64,000 nucleotides of DNA from a virus: positions 4,583 to 68,582 of IMG/VR virus record IMGVR_UViG_3300030099_008032; one strand, given 5' to 3'. Shown piece after piece: positions 1 to 12,100 of the stretch (position 1 is its first letter; the number at the start of each line of letters is the position of its first letter). A program made the position numbers and the translations under genes. The notes under the pieces were generated by a model. It was not told where the DNA came from and did not search any database. It saw nothing but the letters and a program-made list of their open reading frames with translations.

Positions 1-1
1 A

Positions 2-1882
2 ACTTCAAATGAAAACTATAATTCAAAAATTGAAAAAGGTCGAATAATAGACAGTCAAAATAATAATATAAAACCAGGCCCGCAGTATTCAAATGCAGCT
101 CAATCTTTTGCTTCTATTTTTGGCTTCGCTGCAGACTCGAATTCGCCAATGGTCGAAATTCAAGCAGAGTCAGCTGATTTTCTTGATAATAGTCCACTTT
201 TGCAAAAGTATATGATTGAGAAATACAACATGGGATACTTAGCGGACTCAGATAATATTCATGCCCGTAATATAACTCCATCTGAGGTTTACCAAGATAT
301 AGTTAAAAAGTGCTTGTTTGGTTCAAAGTCAGCATTGGGACACCTGACAGAAAAAGCACTAGACTCAGCAGCTTTCGCATCTGGACAACCGTCGTATTTA
401 GACCAGATGGCACTTGGTGTGGTGGAGATAGATAGAAGATATCGACAAAGCTTCCGGGCGTTTTCAGGGATAAGCCAAGATGTTCTAGACGCTAGCATGC
501 TTGATGAGGCATTTATTGACGGTGTTCTCGTAAAGGGTTTGATAAAGAGTTCAACAATAAAACAGGGATGTCGACTAATAGCTAATGTTTTCGAGGGCAG
601 ATGGGATGGAGACCCAGACTCCATCAGTGATGGAATCCAGCTTAACCTTACAGATAACGAAGGCAAAAACGTCCTAAGAGGTTACAAAACAATACAAAAT
701 ATATCAGAAGAGTATAGAACTTTCTATATGATAAATAAAAAATCAGGAAACAACACATTTTCAGTGCCTATGTCAAAATACGAATATGTGACCAGTCCTG
801 AAGGCGAAGCTTACTTTGATGAGTGCTATGATTTGCCAGAATATCTTGAATTATATGAAGAACGGCGCCCACAACTTGTAGAGCACCTACTAGAAGACGC
901 CAGCACTAAGCTTGTTTTTAATTATGCATTGCCAGTTAAAAGATATCAGTCTGTTGCTACAATATTTGGTACCGACGCGTTGGCTTCTTATAGTGATATG
1001 CCATCAGTTATGGAATCTCCAAAGGCTACTTTGTCGTCAATAATAAACATAGCATCGATGAATAGAAAACAAAGAAATGAATTATTCAAAGATGTAAGCA
1101 AATCAGAATATTTTAAAACAATGTTAGATGACGCGAACACAAACCCGGACGGTATGAGCTGCTTCAGCAACCCTTTTGATGAAAATCTATTTAGTGATTG
1201 GTGGGATATGTTTAAGGAGTTAATCGTACTGTTCCCGGCGATATTGTTTAGGGGGATTGCAAACGCTATCGACCCGGCGTACAAAGAAATGAAAGTGCAC
1301 TGGTCGGCATGCCAAATAAAAGAATTAACTTTCGATGGGATGCGTCCGTGGGACAGTACTGCAGATATGAATTATGAAGATATGTCCGCTGGACTGTGGC
1401 TACCAGGGGATTTGTCAGAGCAAGAAAGAAACAGCGGCCACGGTAGAGGCCTTTACTCTCCTATAATCCCACAAGCTGGTATTGATATCGTTGACAGTTT
1501 TGGAACAATAATAGACTCTGGTTTTACAGACGGCTATGACAAACTTGGCAACACTTTAGCAAAAACTGTTGGATATGCCTATAAAGGCCCGATATCTTTA
1601 GTTGACGGATTGTTCGAATTTAACATTCCATGTGCCGGGATTGGCCCAGATGGCTCTTGGGGAGATAAGAGTTTTAATACAGGTCGCTATGGCCACCCTG
1701 TATCGCCTTTTACCATCTTAGCGCTCTCAACACGACAGCTACCAGGAGACAAGAGAATAAGAAGAAATTCAGGCGCCTGCAGTGATGTGATACCGATACC
1801 GGCATTCCCACCACCAGAAGAGGCATGCCCAGTGGAGGATGTACCTCCACCGTTTGGCAGATTTAACGATTCCGAAGACTAA
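2..1882 (+). CDS. Hypothetical virion/baseplate-region protein, 5'-truncated by the window edge
   Basis: The frame of ORF 149..1882 has no stop back to position 2, so the real start is probably upstream of the window. It lies directly before the gp25-like gene. Confidence 0.6.
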   Translation, partial: TSNENYNSKIEKGRIIDSQNNNIKPGPQYSNAAQSFASIFGFAADSNSPMVEIQAESADFLDNSPLLQKYMIEKYNMGYLADSDNIHARNITPSEVYQDIVKKCLFGSKSALGHLTEKALDSAAFASGQPSYLDQMALGVVEIDRRYRQSFRAFSGISQDVLDASMLDEAFIDGVLVKGLIKSSTIKQGCRLIANVFEGRWDGDPDSISDGIQLNLTDNEGKNVLRGYKTIQNISEEYRTFYMINKKSGNNTFSVPMSKYEYVTSPEGEAYFDECYDLPEYLELYEERRPQLVEHLLEDASTKLVFNYALPVKRYQSVATIFGTDALASYSDMPSVMESPKATLSSIINIASMNRKQRNELFKDVSKSEYFKTMLDDANTNPDGMSCFSNPFDENLFSDWWDMFKELIVLFPAILFRGIANAIDPAYKEMKVHWSACQIKELTFDGMRPWDSTADMNYEDMSAGLWLPGDLSEQERNSGHGRGLYSPIIPQAGIDIVDSFGTIIDSGFTDGYDKLGNTLAKTVGYAYKGPISLVDGLFEFNIPCAGIGPDGSWGDKSFNTGRYGHPVSPFTILALSTRQLPGDKRIRRNSGACSDVIPIPAFPPPEEACPVEDVPPPFGRFNDSED

Positions 1883-1894
1883 AATCTTTAGGAC

Positions 1895-1902
1895 ACTATT
1901 TA
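1895..1902 (+). promoter_or_regulatory. Putative late promoter motif ACTATTTA
   Basis: Intergenic copy of the recurrent ACTA(T/A)TTA motif, about 30 nt before the gp25-like ATG. Confidence 0.55.
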
Positions 1903-1931
1903 CTAAAGAAACTTAAGAGGTACTAATAAGT

Positions 1932-2432
1932 ATGACTGATTATGTCGGACCAGTTGGGCAAAGAATCGCACAACCAAATTGGCCCTTGTCTTTCGACGAG
2001 AACACGGGCCCTTACGCGCCAATCACAAATATAATTAAGTCAATAAGACAAGATTTTATAAACTTGTTAAGAACAAACCCAGGAGAATGGCCGAATGTTC
2101 CAGACCTGGGCGTCGGTCTAGAGAGACTTTTGTTCGAAAACTCACAACAGATAGACGTGGGAGACTTAAAGCAAAAAATACAAACTCAACTAAACAAGTA
2201 TTTATCGTCTTTAAGAATAATTGATATCTCTTACGAGAGAATCCCGGATAACATAGATTTAAATTATGCTAAATTTACAGTGTTTTATTATATTGAAGAC
2301 TTGGGCGAGGACCAGACCTTAGTTGAATACGTTACAGACGCAGGCGGAAACTTTATTTTAGGTCGACAATCGGAACAATATGCAAGGCTGGCAACCTTTG
2401 CTCACGACCGCGGCCTGAGAGAGCAGCCATAG
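1932..2432 (+). CDS. gp25: Baseplate wedge subunit, gp25/GPW-like
   Basis: Motif 'IRQDFINLLRTNPGEWPNVPDLGVGLERLLFE' is typical of the GPW/gp25 family. It is followed by a gp6-like gene. Confidence 0.85.
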   Translation: MTDYVGPVGQRIAQPNWPLSFDENTGPYAPITNIIKSIRQDFINLLRTNPGEWPNVPDLGVGLERLLFENSQQIDVGDLKQKIQTQLNKYLSSLRIIDISYERIPDNIDLNYAKFTVFYYIEDLGEDQTLVEYVTDAGGNFILGRQSEQYARLATFAHDRGLREQP

Positions 2433-2448
2433 TTACAGGAAACTATAA

Positions 2449-4269
2449 ATGAAAGATACAAAAGTAAGCAACAAAATAAAAGAAATAGATTATACAAAAA
2501 CTAGTTTTTCCGAAATAAAAAATGAACTTGTTGGGTACATGAAGAGGCACTATCCCGATTCTTACAGGGACTTCAATAGAAGCTCCTTTGGTTCCTTGAT
2601 GCTTGACCTTGTTTCGTATGTAGGTGACCAGCTGCACTATTATTCCGACCACAATGCTAATGAGGCAATACCAGCATTTACCAAAGACCCCGCCACCCTT
2701 ATAAGCCATATCAACTCTTTAGGAGGGGACCCACTAATAAATCCAGTTGCTGTTGGGTTTGTGGAGGTGCAAGTCTTGCGGCCTGCCATGGCCATCGGCC
2801 CCAGGGTAGATTCTAAGTATGAAGTAGAGCTTCGTGCGGGCTCTAAGTATATGTCAAATGGTGGAACAGTTTACACACAAATAAAAGATATAACTTTAAG
2901 TGAGGCGAACTCAACCGTCATGGGTTATAATACGATTTTAGATGGTCGCAAAATAGAATTTTTTATTTTAAAAGCAAAAGTGCCTGTAATCTCGGGAGAA
3001 GAAAGAACCTACACTGTCGATGTCGGAAACTTTCAAAGATTCTTAAAAATAGATGTACCTGATGATACTTTAACAGAAATTTTAAAAATAGAGGATAGCA
3101 ACGGAAATGAATACTTTCAAGTTGACCACCTAACACAAGATGTTATATATAAGCCGATACAAGACCCAATAAAAAGAGATTCCAATGTTTCTTCTATTTT
3201 GAAACCAACCCCGGTACCGAGAAGGTTTGTTGTGGAAAAATCACCATCAATAACAACGGTTGTATTCGGCCATGGCTCAGAAGAGGACCTAAACACAGCA
3301 TCGGCTCTCGACCCAAGCAAGGTCGCGCTGCAGCTTTCTGCAAAAAGTTACATATCCTCACAGAAAATTGACCCAAATAGATTACTCACAAATAATAAGT
3401 TGGGAGTTTCACCACAAAATACCACCTTAACGATTACCTACAGAAGCAATACTTTGTTGAACACGAACGCAGCAGTAGGAACCATAACACAAGTTTTGGA
3501 GCCCATTTTATTTTTTAAGAATGAAGAAGATTTAAATGAAGAAATTGTCAATTTTATAAGAGACAACGTACAGGTATTCAACGAAGAACCAATTAATGGA
3601 AACATCAGTATACCAACCACAGAAGAGTTAAAGAGAAGGTATCTAGGGGTATACGGAGCCCAAAATCGCGCGGTTACCAAGCAGGACTATGTTTCTGCCG
3701 TATATTCAATGCCGCCTATTTTTGGCTCTGTCAAGCGCGCCGCTGTTATCAGGGACACTAACGATTTAAAGAGAAATATAAATCTCTATTTAATATCGGA
3801 ATCTGCAGCTGGAAAACTTGAAGCTCCGTCGGAACTGTTAAGAGAGAACACAAAAACATGGGTCGACTCAATAAGAATGATATCGGACAGCGTAGACATT
3901 TTTTCAGCAAAGATAATAAACTTCTCTATAGAATTCAATGTAAATTTGAAGACAAATGTGAATCAACAAACAACGCTGACGTTGATAAAAAACAAAATAT
4001 TTGAAGAAATGTCAACTATTTTACCCGAAATAGGAGAACCGTTTTATATATCAAGTGTTATGAATATAATACAGAATATTCCAGAAGTTAGGAGCGTCCC
4101 TATAAGGGGCGGGGTAAAAATAAGAGCTCTATCTGGAGTGAATCATACAGATTTTAGATTTGATGTGAAAAGCAACACATCGCCTGACGAAAGCTTTATA
4201 TATATACCAGAGGATGCTATTTGGGAGATTAAATTCATTGATGATATTAAAGGGACGGTTTCACAATAA
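2449..4269 (+). CDS. gp6: Baseplate wedge subunit, T4 gp6/baseplate J-like
   Basis: N-terminal 'FSEIKNELVGYMKRHYPD..DFN..S.G..MLDLVSYVGD', 'VVFGHG' and 'AQNRAVTKQDY' motifs; 606 aa; next to gp25. Confidence 0.9.
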   Translation: MKDTKVSNKIKEIDYTKTSFSEIKNELVGYMKRHYPDSYRDFNRSSFGSLMLDLVSYVGDQLHYYSDHNANEAIPAFTKDPATLISHINSLGGDPLINPVAVGFVEVQVLRPAMAIGPRVDSKYEVELRAGSKYMSNGGTVYTQIKDITLSEANSTVMGYNTILDGRKIEFFILKAKVPVISGEERTYTVDVGNFQRFLKIDVPDDTLTEILKIEDSNGNEYFQVDHLTQDVIYKPIQDPIKRDSNVSSILKPTPVPRRFVVEKSPSITTVVFGHGSEEDLNTASALDPSKVALQLSAKSYISSQKIDPNRLLTNNKLGVSPQNTTLTITYRSNTLLNTNAAVGTITQVLEPILFFKNEEDLNEEIVNFIRDNVQVFNEEPINGNISIPTTEELKRRYLGVYGAQNRAVTKQDYVSAVYSMPPIFGSVKRAAVIRDTNDLKRNINLYLISESAAGKLEAPSELLRENTKTWVDSIRMISDSVDIFSAKIINFSIEFNVNLKTNVNQQTTLTLIKNKIFEEMSTILPEIGEPFYISSVMNIIQNIPEVRSVPIRGGVKIRALSGVNHTDFRFDVKSNTSPDESFIYIPEDAIWEIKFIDDIKGTVSQ

Positions 4270-6116
4270 TGAGCATAAAAAGATATAACTCCAATAAAGA
4301 TAATACGATAGCTAATGCCTTGAGAGAAAATTTGTCTGCGCGCTCGAAACAGGCTAATATGGGAGCCAGTGATATATTAGAGTTATTCTCTATATTTGGA
4401 CAAGCAAGTAGCAGTTCTTTGGAAAAAGCAAGAATTATCTTAGAGTTTCCAGTTAGTGATATAAATTTGGATAGGCAGTCCGGTATTATACCCGACTCTG
4501 GCTCTATTGATTACGTTCTAAAAATGTGCAACACCCCACATGGTCAAACCACACCAGAAAACTTTACAGTAGTTGTACACCCAGTTGTTCAGCCCTGGAG
4601 CGAGGGCGACGGCCTTGATATGGAAAGCTATTTAGATTTAGAAGCAAGCAACTGGGCCTCTGCTTCCGAAGGCGTGGCCTGGCATTCTGCCGGCTCAGAC
4701 TTTGTGACCAGCTCTTATGTTAGACAGGTTGACGTCCCATTGGTATATACTCAAGACTTAAAGAAGGGGACAGAAAATATTTCAATAAAAATAACACCCT
4801 GGGTTGAAGAGTGGCTTAAGCATGAAAATGGTGCATCGCTACCGGGTTCGGGTAGCATCTCCCTTTCGCAAAAGCCAGAAAAAGATGATGTCATTAAAAT
4901 CTATTCTCACGAGGGACAAGAAGGCATCTTCAAATTTATTACCGGGTCTTCGCACATAGTTGGAAACATTGCATACATAAATACGGGAAGCAGTGCCGCA
5001 GAGGCCATAAGTGACCTTGAGGGCCATATAGACATATTATTTAATAATAAAATAATATCTAACTTAAACGACCCTGCAGACCAACATCTTGCACTAACCC
5101 AATCACAAGCAGGATTCCATGGAAATACGCTGATTAGTTCTAGTATTCCGTCTTCTAGGTCAACTATAGTTAATTTTTCTGGGGGTGTTGGGTTGCCAAA
5201 TTACGGGGTCGTACTAAAACTTAGAGACGATTTTGAAGACGGCTCTAAAAAAAGGTCTTATTATACTAAGAAGTTTTATTCAAAAAGTTCCCATGAGTTT
5301 TTTTTAAAACCAAAAATTGAAGCTCAATGGGATTCCTCAAGAAAAGACGACAGAAATTATGTGATAAAGTCTAGCAGTCTTGCACCCTCATCAGAAAACC
5401 TTAATAATGTTTTTCACTATAACCGCTTTGGCGCAAGTATGGTGGACATTCCGAATACAGGCTCTAACTTAATCGTTAGATTTCTGACATCATCTTCCGG
5501 AGGAGATAGCGTGGGAGTAGTTACTTCAACCGGGGTAGAGCAAAACCACATAACAGCCAGCCGCGATAGCCTAGGCACCTACAAAGCTATTTTTGCATAC
5601 TCAGGTTCAGAATCGCAACTATATGATGTTTGGTATAGGTCTGTTAATGCACCAGGTCAAAACATAGTTGAGACTGGGCTTTTTACCGGTTCAGGATTCA
5701 GTGTTTATGAGGACAAACTAGACAACTACCATGTCGTACCATCTTACGTTGTTAATGTAACTAACTTGAAGAAATCTTATCTTCAAGAAGAAAAAACAAC
5801 ACTAAGAGTATACACTAGGGATAAAAACTGGCAGCCAAACATATACACAAAAGCAAACAACGAAGCGCCAGTAAATAATATTAAAAATCTCTTCTACAAA
5901 GTAGTAAGATTGTCAGATAGGTACGAGGTGATACCTTACTCTACAGGAAGTAATAGGCAGTACTCTTTGACTTCATATGACAGTCAGGGTTCTTATTTCG
6001 ATTTAGATATGAAGCTTTTAGAGAAAAACGATGCTTATGAAATATCTTTTCTTTTCAAAGACGGGCCTAATTACCTGGAGTTGCCTGAGAAGTTTAAATT
6101 TAGAGTGGACCCATGA
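4269..6116 (+). CDS. Virion structural protein (baseplate region) with one copy of the shared ~115-aa module
   Basis: 615-aa ORF translationally coupled to gp6. The module 'GSISL...LTQSQAGFHGNTLIS...VNFSGG' lies at about 4842-5186. Confidence 0.65.
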   Translation: MSIKRYNSNKDNTIANALRENLSARSKQANMGASDILELFSIFGQASSSSLEKARIILEFPVSDINLDRQSGIIPDSGSIDYVLKMCNTPHGQTTPENFTVVVHPVVQPWSEGDGLDMESYLDLEASNWASASEGVAWHSAGSDFVTSSYVRQVDVPLVYTQDLKKGTENISIKITPWVEEWLKHENGASLPGSGSISLSQKPEKDDVIKIYSHEGQEGIFKFITGSSHIVGNIAYINTGSSAAEAISDLEGHIDILFNNKIISNLNDPADQHLALTQSQAGFHGNTLISSSIPSSRSTIVNFSGGVGLPNYGVVLKLRDDFEDGSKKRSYYTKKFYSKSSHEFFLKPKIEAQWDSSRKDDRNYVIKSSSLAPSSENLNNVFHYNRFGASMVDIPNTGSNLIVRFLTSSSGGDSVGVVTSTGVEQNHITASRDSLGTYKAIFAYSGSESQLYDVWYRSVNAPGQNIVETGLFTGSGFSVYEDKLDNYHVVPSYVVNVTNLKKSYLQEEKTTLRVYTRDKNWQPNIYTKANNEAPVNNIKNLFYKVVRLSDRYEVIPYSTGSNRQYSLTSYDSQGSYFDLDMKLLEKNDAYEISFLFKDGPNYLELPEKFKFRVDP

Positions 6117-9100
6117 ACAACAAAGAAAAAAATTTACAGGACCTAAAAAGAAAAGAAAAGACCTTCCTTCAGCATTCAAATGTTAGGCAATCTGCAGAAT
6201 CTTCAAAAAGATACAATAGTGTTCTAGAGTCTCCAGAGTATGCACTAGCTTACAAGAAAATAAATGAAAGAATTTTTCCAAACTTTAATATAAGAAATCC
6301 CTCTACTTTCGCAAAGTACGGAAATGCAAAAAAATACTATGAAAATTCATACAAAAATATACACAATTCTTATCCTTATGATGGCTCCGGTCTCGAAAAA
6401 ATAAACTGGTCACTTAGCGCCTCCGCCGTTGACCTAGCGATACTGCAACATGAATACCCACTTGAAACTGGGCATGTAACATTTTGTTCTTCCGGATGGG
6501 GCACAGTATCAGCAACTGACGGAAGATATTCACTGCCCAGCAACCCCGAGTATATAAAATTTTCTGGGGGGCCGTATGCCAACACTGTTATTGATTCGAA
6601 TACAAATCGTGAAAGTAGTCTGAAAATAGACCCATCATCCGGCAATACACTAGAATTTTGGATGAAAAAGTCCAACTTTGAGTCAACACTTACCCAGAAT
6701 GAAGTTATTTTTGATTCTTACACTATTGATTTTCCTGAGGGCAACAATTCTCATGGAAGATTTTTGTTAGAGTTAGCTCCGAACGAGGGCTCATCCGGGA
6801 AATCGCCATTTTTCTTTACATACCTATCAGGAAATGTCGGCCTAGACAGAGTTAGGATAGGAGAAGGACTGAATAACAGTGCAGTGGCTGATGGAAAGTT
6901 TCATCATTATGCAATTTCCGTAGACTATAGAGAAAATTCAATATATGTTGATTTTTATGTAGATGGGTTTTTTAACAGTAAAAATGTAGTATCTTCGGTT
7001 CCATCGTTCGGCCCTGTTGAGGGGTACTTCGAGGGCGCCCTGGGGGCACTTGCGACCCCAAAAGATTCATTAGGTGGCTTAGGGTATGGCAAGCTATCAG
7101 CATCTTTAGACGAAGTAAGGTTCTGGAAAACAAAAAGAAACGCGGAAGAAATAGGAAACTATTATGATTTTCCTGTTCATGGTGCTACGGATGAGGAAAA
7201 CATAAGCAGTAATCTGGGAATTTACTATAAATTCAACGAAGGAACAGTAGGGAACACAAACACAGATAAGATTATTCTTGATTATTCAGGAAGGCTTAAT
7301 AATGGCACATTTGTGGGATACGCAGCCACCGCGCGCTCTGCAGACTCTGCAATAACCTTGTCAGACGCAACTCAACAAAAAGAGCCGGGAGACCCAATCA
7401 TAAACCCCCTGAATCCAAAAGTGAAATCTACTCTTAACGAGCTAGTAGATTTGGCATTTTCTTATGATTTAAACAATAGCAACTCTATAATGAATAGCTT
7501 ACCAACTTGGACGAGAGAAAAGACAAGCAATTCAGTATCCAATGATAGCGACTTTGAAATATTGATGCAAGTTGTAGCAGAAAGATTTGACAGTATTTGG
7601 ATGATTATTGACCAGTTGCCTTCAATTGGGTTTACTCAATATAGGGACTTTGTTTATGGAAAGGCATCTATAGACCACAGAAGAAACTTTTCCTGCTTAG
7701 TTGGTTGTGAGAAAGACTTTGTTCATGCAAGCCATGGCTTAAACTCTTTTGATAATTTTTCGGTTCAGAATTTAATGGGCAGGGGCTTTTCTGTTGACGA
7801 AATGCCGTTAGTAAACAAATCATCTTTGAACGAGTACTTCAACAACTTAAGACTGGACCAGTATGACCAATCTTCAAATCAGTTTAGTAACCTTCTTTAT
7901 TCAAAAATAGATGCAATAAAAGACAAGATTTTAAATTCAGTTTATGTTAACTTGTCCAACATTTACAAAACAAAGGGCACTTTTCAGTCTTTTCGTAACC
8001 TAATGAGGTGCTTTGGTGTAGATGAGAGGCTTTTAATTCCAAACATATATGGACAAAACGTCGAAAAAGATATATCCGCAAGCAAGGGTAAGAACTACGA
8101 ATCACTAGAGATAAAATCTTTTTCTTTTTCGAACAAAAACAGGGCAGCAACATTAGTGCCGAAATCAAACTCATCGGAAGAGAAAAAGTTTATAGAGGGC
8201 CAATCCACACCAGTGGAGTATACAATAGAAACAAAAGCTATATTACCAAAACTAACAGACATCACGCTTACTCAAACAACATCTTCTATTTTTGGAATTA
8301 GGGATGTTCAGTCCCCATCTGGCTTGGCTTCGTCGGTAAATACGGCTGGCGTGACAGTCGAATCAGTAAAGTCGTCTGGCACAAACAAGGGTGCCTACTT
8401 TATGCTAAAATCTAAAGCGGGCTTATTTGCTGATATAAAGACAGAGTATTTTAAAGATGTTTTCAACAACACACCATGGTATCTGGCTGTTAAATTTTGC
8501 GAAGACGAAGACCTATCTTTCCAAAAAGCAAACACTTCGACAGTAAAAAAATATAAAGTAGAGTTTTCCGGATACAGGTACGATACAGATGTTCTACTTC
8601 AATCATTTAACCACAGTGCCTCTATTAGTCAAGCTAATTACAACACTTTTTCTGCGAAACATAAAGGCGTTTACTGCGGCGCGGAAAGGGCCAACTTAAC
8701 TGGAGATGTAGTGCAAAATGCAGAATCACGAATGCTGTATTTGAATTTTTGGACCTCAAAGATATCAGAGGATGATTCAAAAATTCATGCTCAAAATATA
8801 AAAAGTGTAGGTCTGAGTAATCCTATGGACTACAACTTACCAAAAGAAGACCGGCAGACTCAACTAGATACCCTGGCCTTTAGTTGGCAATTTGACAACC
8901 CAACAAGAAGCTCTACAACCTATTCTATACAGGACGCATCTGGAGGGTCACTAGACAAAATATCAGAATACGGTAACATCAACGGTGCAAAGTATCCAGC
9001 AGAAACAATTGGTGTTGTTGATGTTGGTTCTTTTTCTGACACAGAGCACATAACAACAGTGACAGAGTACCAAATTGATAACTTAAAATCGGAATCTATG

Positions 9101-12100
9101 GTAGAACTCAAAGAAAGAGAGGTAGACAGATTTTTATTATCGTCCCGCCCGGTTACTTATTTGTTTACTTATGAGAAAAGCATGTATCAGGTGATTTCCA
9201 AAGAGATGCTTAATATGATTGGCGGTGTTATTGCTTACAACAAACTAATAGGAGAGCCAATTAACAAGTATCGCCCTGAATACAAAAATCTTGAAAAATT
9301 AAGAGATAAATTTTTTGCCAACGTTGAAAATGACATTAGTCTGGAAAGGTTTGTAAGGTATTTCAAGTGGATTGACTCTTCACTAGGTAGCATGCTAGAA
9401 AGCTTGCAGCCTGCAACTTCGCAAATGGACATGACTCTTAAGGATATTGTGGAGAGTCACTCTCTAGAAAGAAACAAATACAAGCATCAACTACCTCAGT
9501 TTGATTACAAGGACCCAGACTTAGAAGGGCAAATATTAGCCATAAACGAGCTTTTATATGACTGGGAGCACGGCCATGCACCGGTGGGAGGTTCTTTTGC
9601 TGAAGGTGCAAGAGCCTCAGCAACAATCACTACCACCGGTAACCCGTCAAATAATGAAGAATTTACCCTGACTGATGGTGACTTACTTTCTGTTACTTAT
9701 ATATTCAAAACAGCAGTATCCACAGTAGATGGAAGCAAAGACTCTGGTAAGGTTATAATTGGAATCAAAAACGCCACTGGGCATGCCGCATCTGTGGGAG
9801 ACAGGATGCGCGCAGCCCTCATTGCGTCGGACCTTAATGCGACAGTAGAAGAGGTCTCAGCCGGTGTTATGAAGCTAACACAAAATACAAAAGGCTCAAA
9901 CGGTAACACTGAAATAGATATGTCATCGGTCACGACCGTTACCGCAACTAACTTTTCTGGTGGGATTACCCCGGCCGATGAGTCAGATAACTGCTTGTGG
10001 TGGCGAGATAGAGCGGAAAGAACAGAAGCTCTATCTATTACTGGTGCACCAAACTCACTAAGAGAAGAGATTAGAACTAAGACGAATAATATATCAGTCA
10101 GCGGCTCAACATACGTGCTAAGAAAGCTTATTCGTCCGTATATCTTTACATCAGATAGGCAAAGAGTCTACAATCTTGGCTCAAATAGGAACTCAAATAA
10201 AAATAAGCAGTTGTATAAAGTAGTAAACACTGGAAAAAATATAGAAATTGAAAAGACAGACATATTTGAGTTCAAGCAATGTGGAGATATAATAGACCCT
10301 CATAGCGAAAAGATATATACAGCAAAAACAAACACCACAGGCACTAAAGGGTACTTGGATGCCGACGCAGACATGATATTTCCTTTTACTCTTTATAGTT
10401 CTTCAGTGGGTAGCGACTTTAGCAACTTTAAAGAAAAGATGATTATTACCAATAATCATGACGACCATACCGAGTCACTTCAGAGTGCTTGGGCGTTTTC
10501 GCACAATGGCATGCCACATAGAAGGGTGAAGGTTGGAACACCTCCGGGAGACGACCGCCCGGAAGCATACAACATAGATGCCACAGCAAGCAAGTTTATT
10601 ATTAGTCAAGCTTCCGGGCCCCGTTCGATAGCCTCGATTGGCCCTACGCCTAGTTCTGCCTATCATATCGGGAACATAAAAACAAACAGAGAATCTATCC
10701 CTATAGTTTTAGGAAACTATGATAAAGTTTATGAAATTGTCCAAACCCATGGAAGGCACTTAAACAACAGATACTTGACTAAGAGTGGAAGCTTTGATAT
10801 CACGCCAATAACTCCCTCAAGGGTGTATGGTTCTACAGACTATACGCCTGTGGAAAGATTTAGAAGTGAGCACGTTTTCGTTAATAGGTTTTCAGCGCTC
10901 GGCGCCCCTGAAAACTCGGGAATGTATACAAGAGATTTAGAAACAGAAGAGTATTCTATATATAACACAATAAATTACAGAAATCAGCTTGTACGCGGCA
11001 TAAGCAACCTGCTTTCGGCTGAGTATTCTGAAAAGTTTGGATACAGAACTTTACCAGTTGCACTAGCAGCAACTGGAACCATAACCACAACAGGAAACCC
11101 TGGCAATAATGAGGAATTCACTCTTACGGATGCAGACGGTCTGTCAGTTATTTATATATTCAAAACAGGTGTCGCAACAGTTGATGGGAGCAAGGATTCA
11201 GGAAAGGTAATAATCGGCCTCAACGGCGCCAGCGGCCACGCTCCATCAGTCGGTGACCGCATCCGAGCAGCTATTAGCGCATCGGACCTCAATGTAACAG
11301 TGGAAGAGGTTTCGGGTGGTGTTATGAAGCTAACACAAAATACGAAAGGCTCAAGCGGAAACACTGAAATAGATATGTCATCGGTGGCCACCACGACGTC
11401 AACCAACTTTTCATCAGGTCGAGACTTGACAATGGCCAGCACCCATATGACGAATCGTAACTATTTTCACTACACTGCGTCAGGTGGAGAGTTATCAAGA
11501 CCTGATAATTTCTTTGTGCAACACCCTATTCCTCAAAATGATTTTTCATATTCTTGGATTACAGCCTCCGCAGAGGATGACAAGCATTCGTTTGTTAACA
11601 GGAATGACGGATTTGGGCACGAACACAATTTTCATACGTCCAGCAAGCCAGGAATAACATTTTTGTCTTCATCGCAAAGAGTCGAAAACCTAGACTTCGC
11701 AAGAACAAACTTTAATATAATAGACAATGTTTTGACGGGTTCGAATTTTATATCCAGCTCTCTAAATACCTATAACTTAAATGACATTCTTTTAAACAGA
11801 AATGGCCCATATGGGTGGCCAACCTGGAAGCAACTAAGAAATTCTTGGAACCCTCTAGTAATAAAGCACATGAGGAATAATATATATTCTAGAACTTTTT
11901 ATGGCATTGAAGATGAGGACTTTGAAGGTCAACAGCCCTTTAGTGCTCAGTCAAAGACTCCATCAATGAATGCTATGATGAATATGCCAAACTTTGCTCG
12001 CGAATTCCATAATTCTGATGACCCTTACGTTGCATCGACAGAGGTTAACAAGAGAGAGGATTTGATTTCAAGGTCAGGGCCGGCCCAAAGAAGAGTATCA

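Noticed and set aside
9608-11419. Repeat pair as a diversity-generating retroelement TR/VR
   Set aside because: Both copies are in-frame coding modules of about 355 bp, mismatches are not adenine-specific, and there is no reverse transcriptase in the window.
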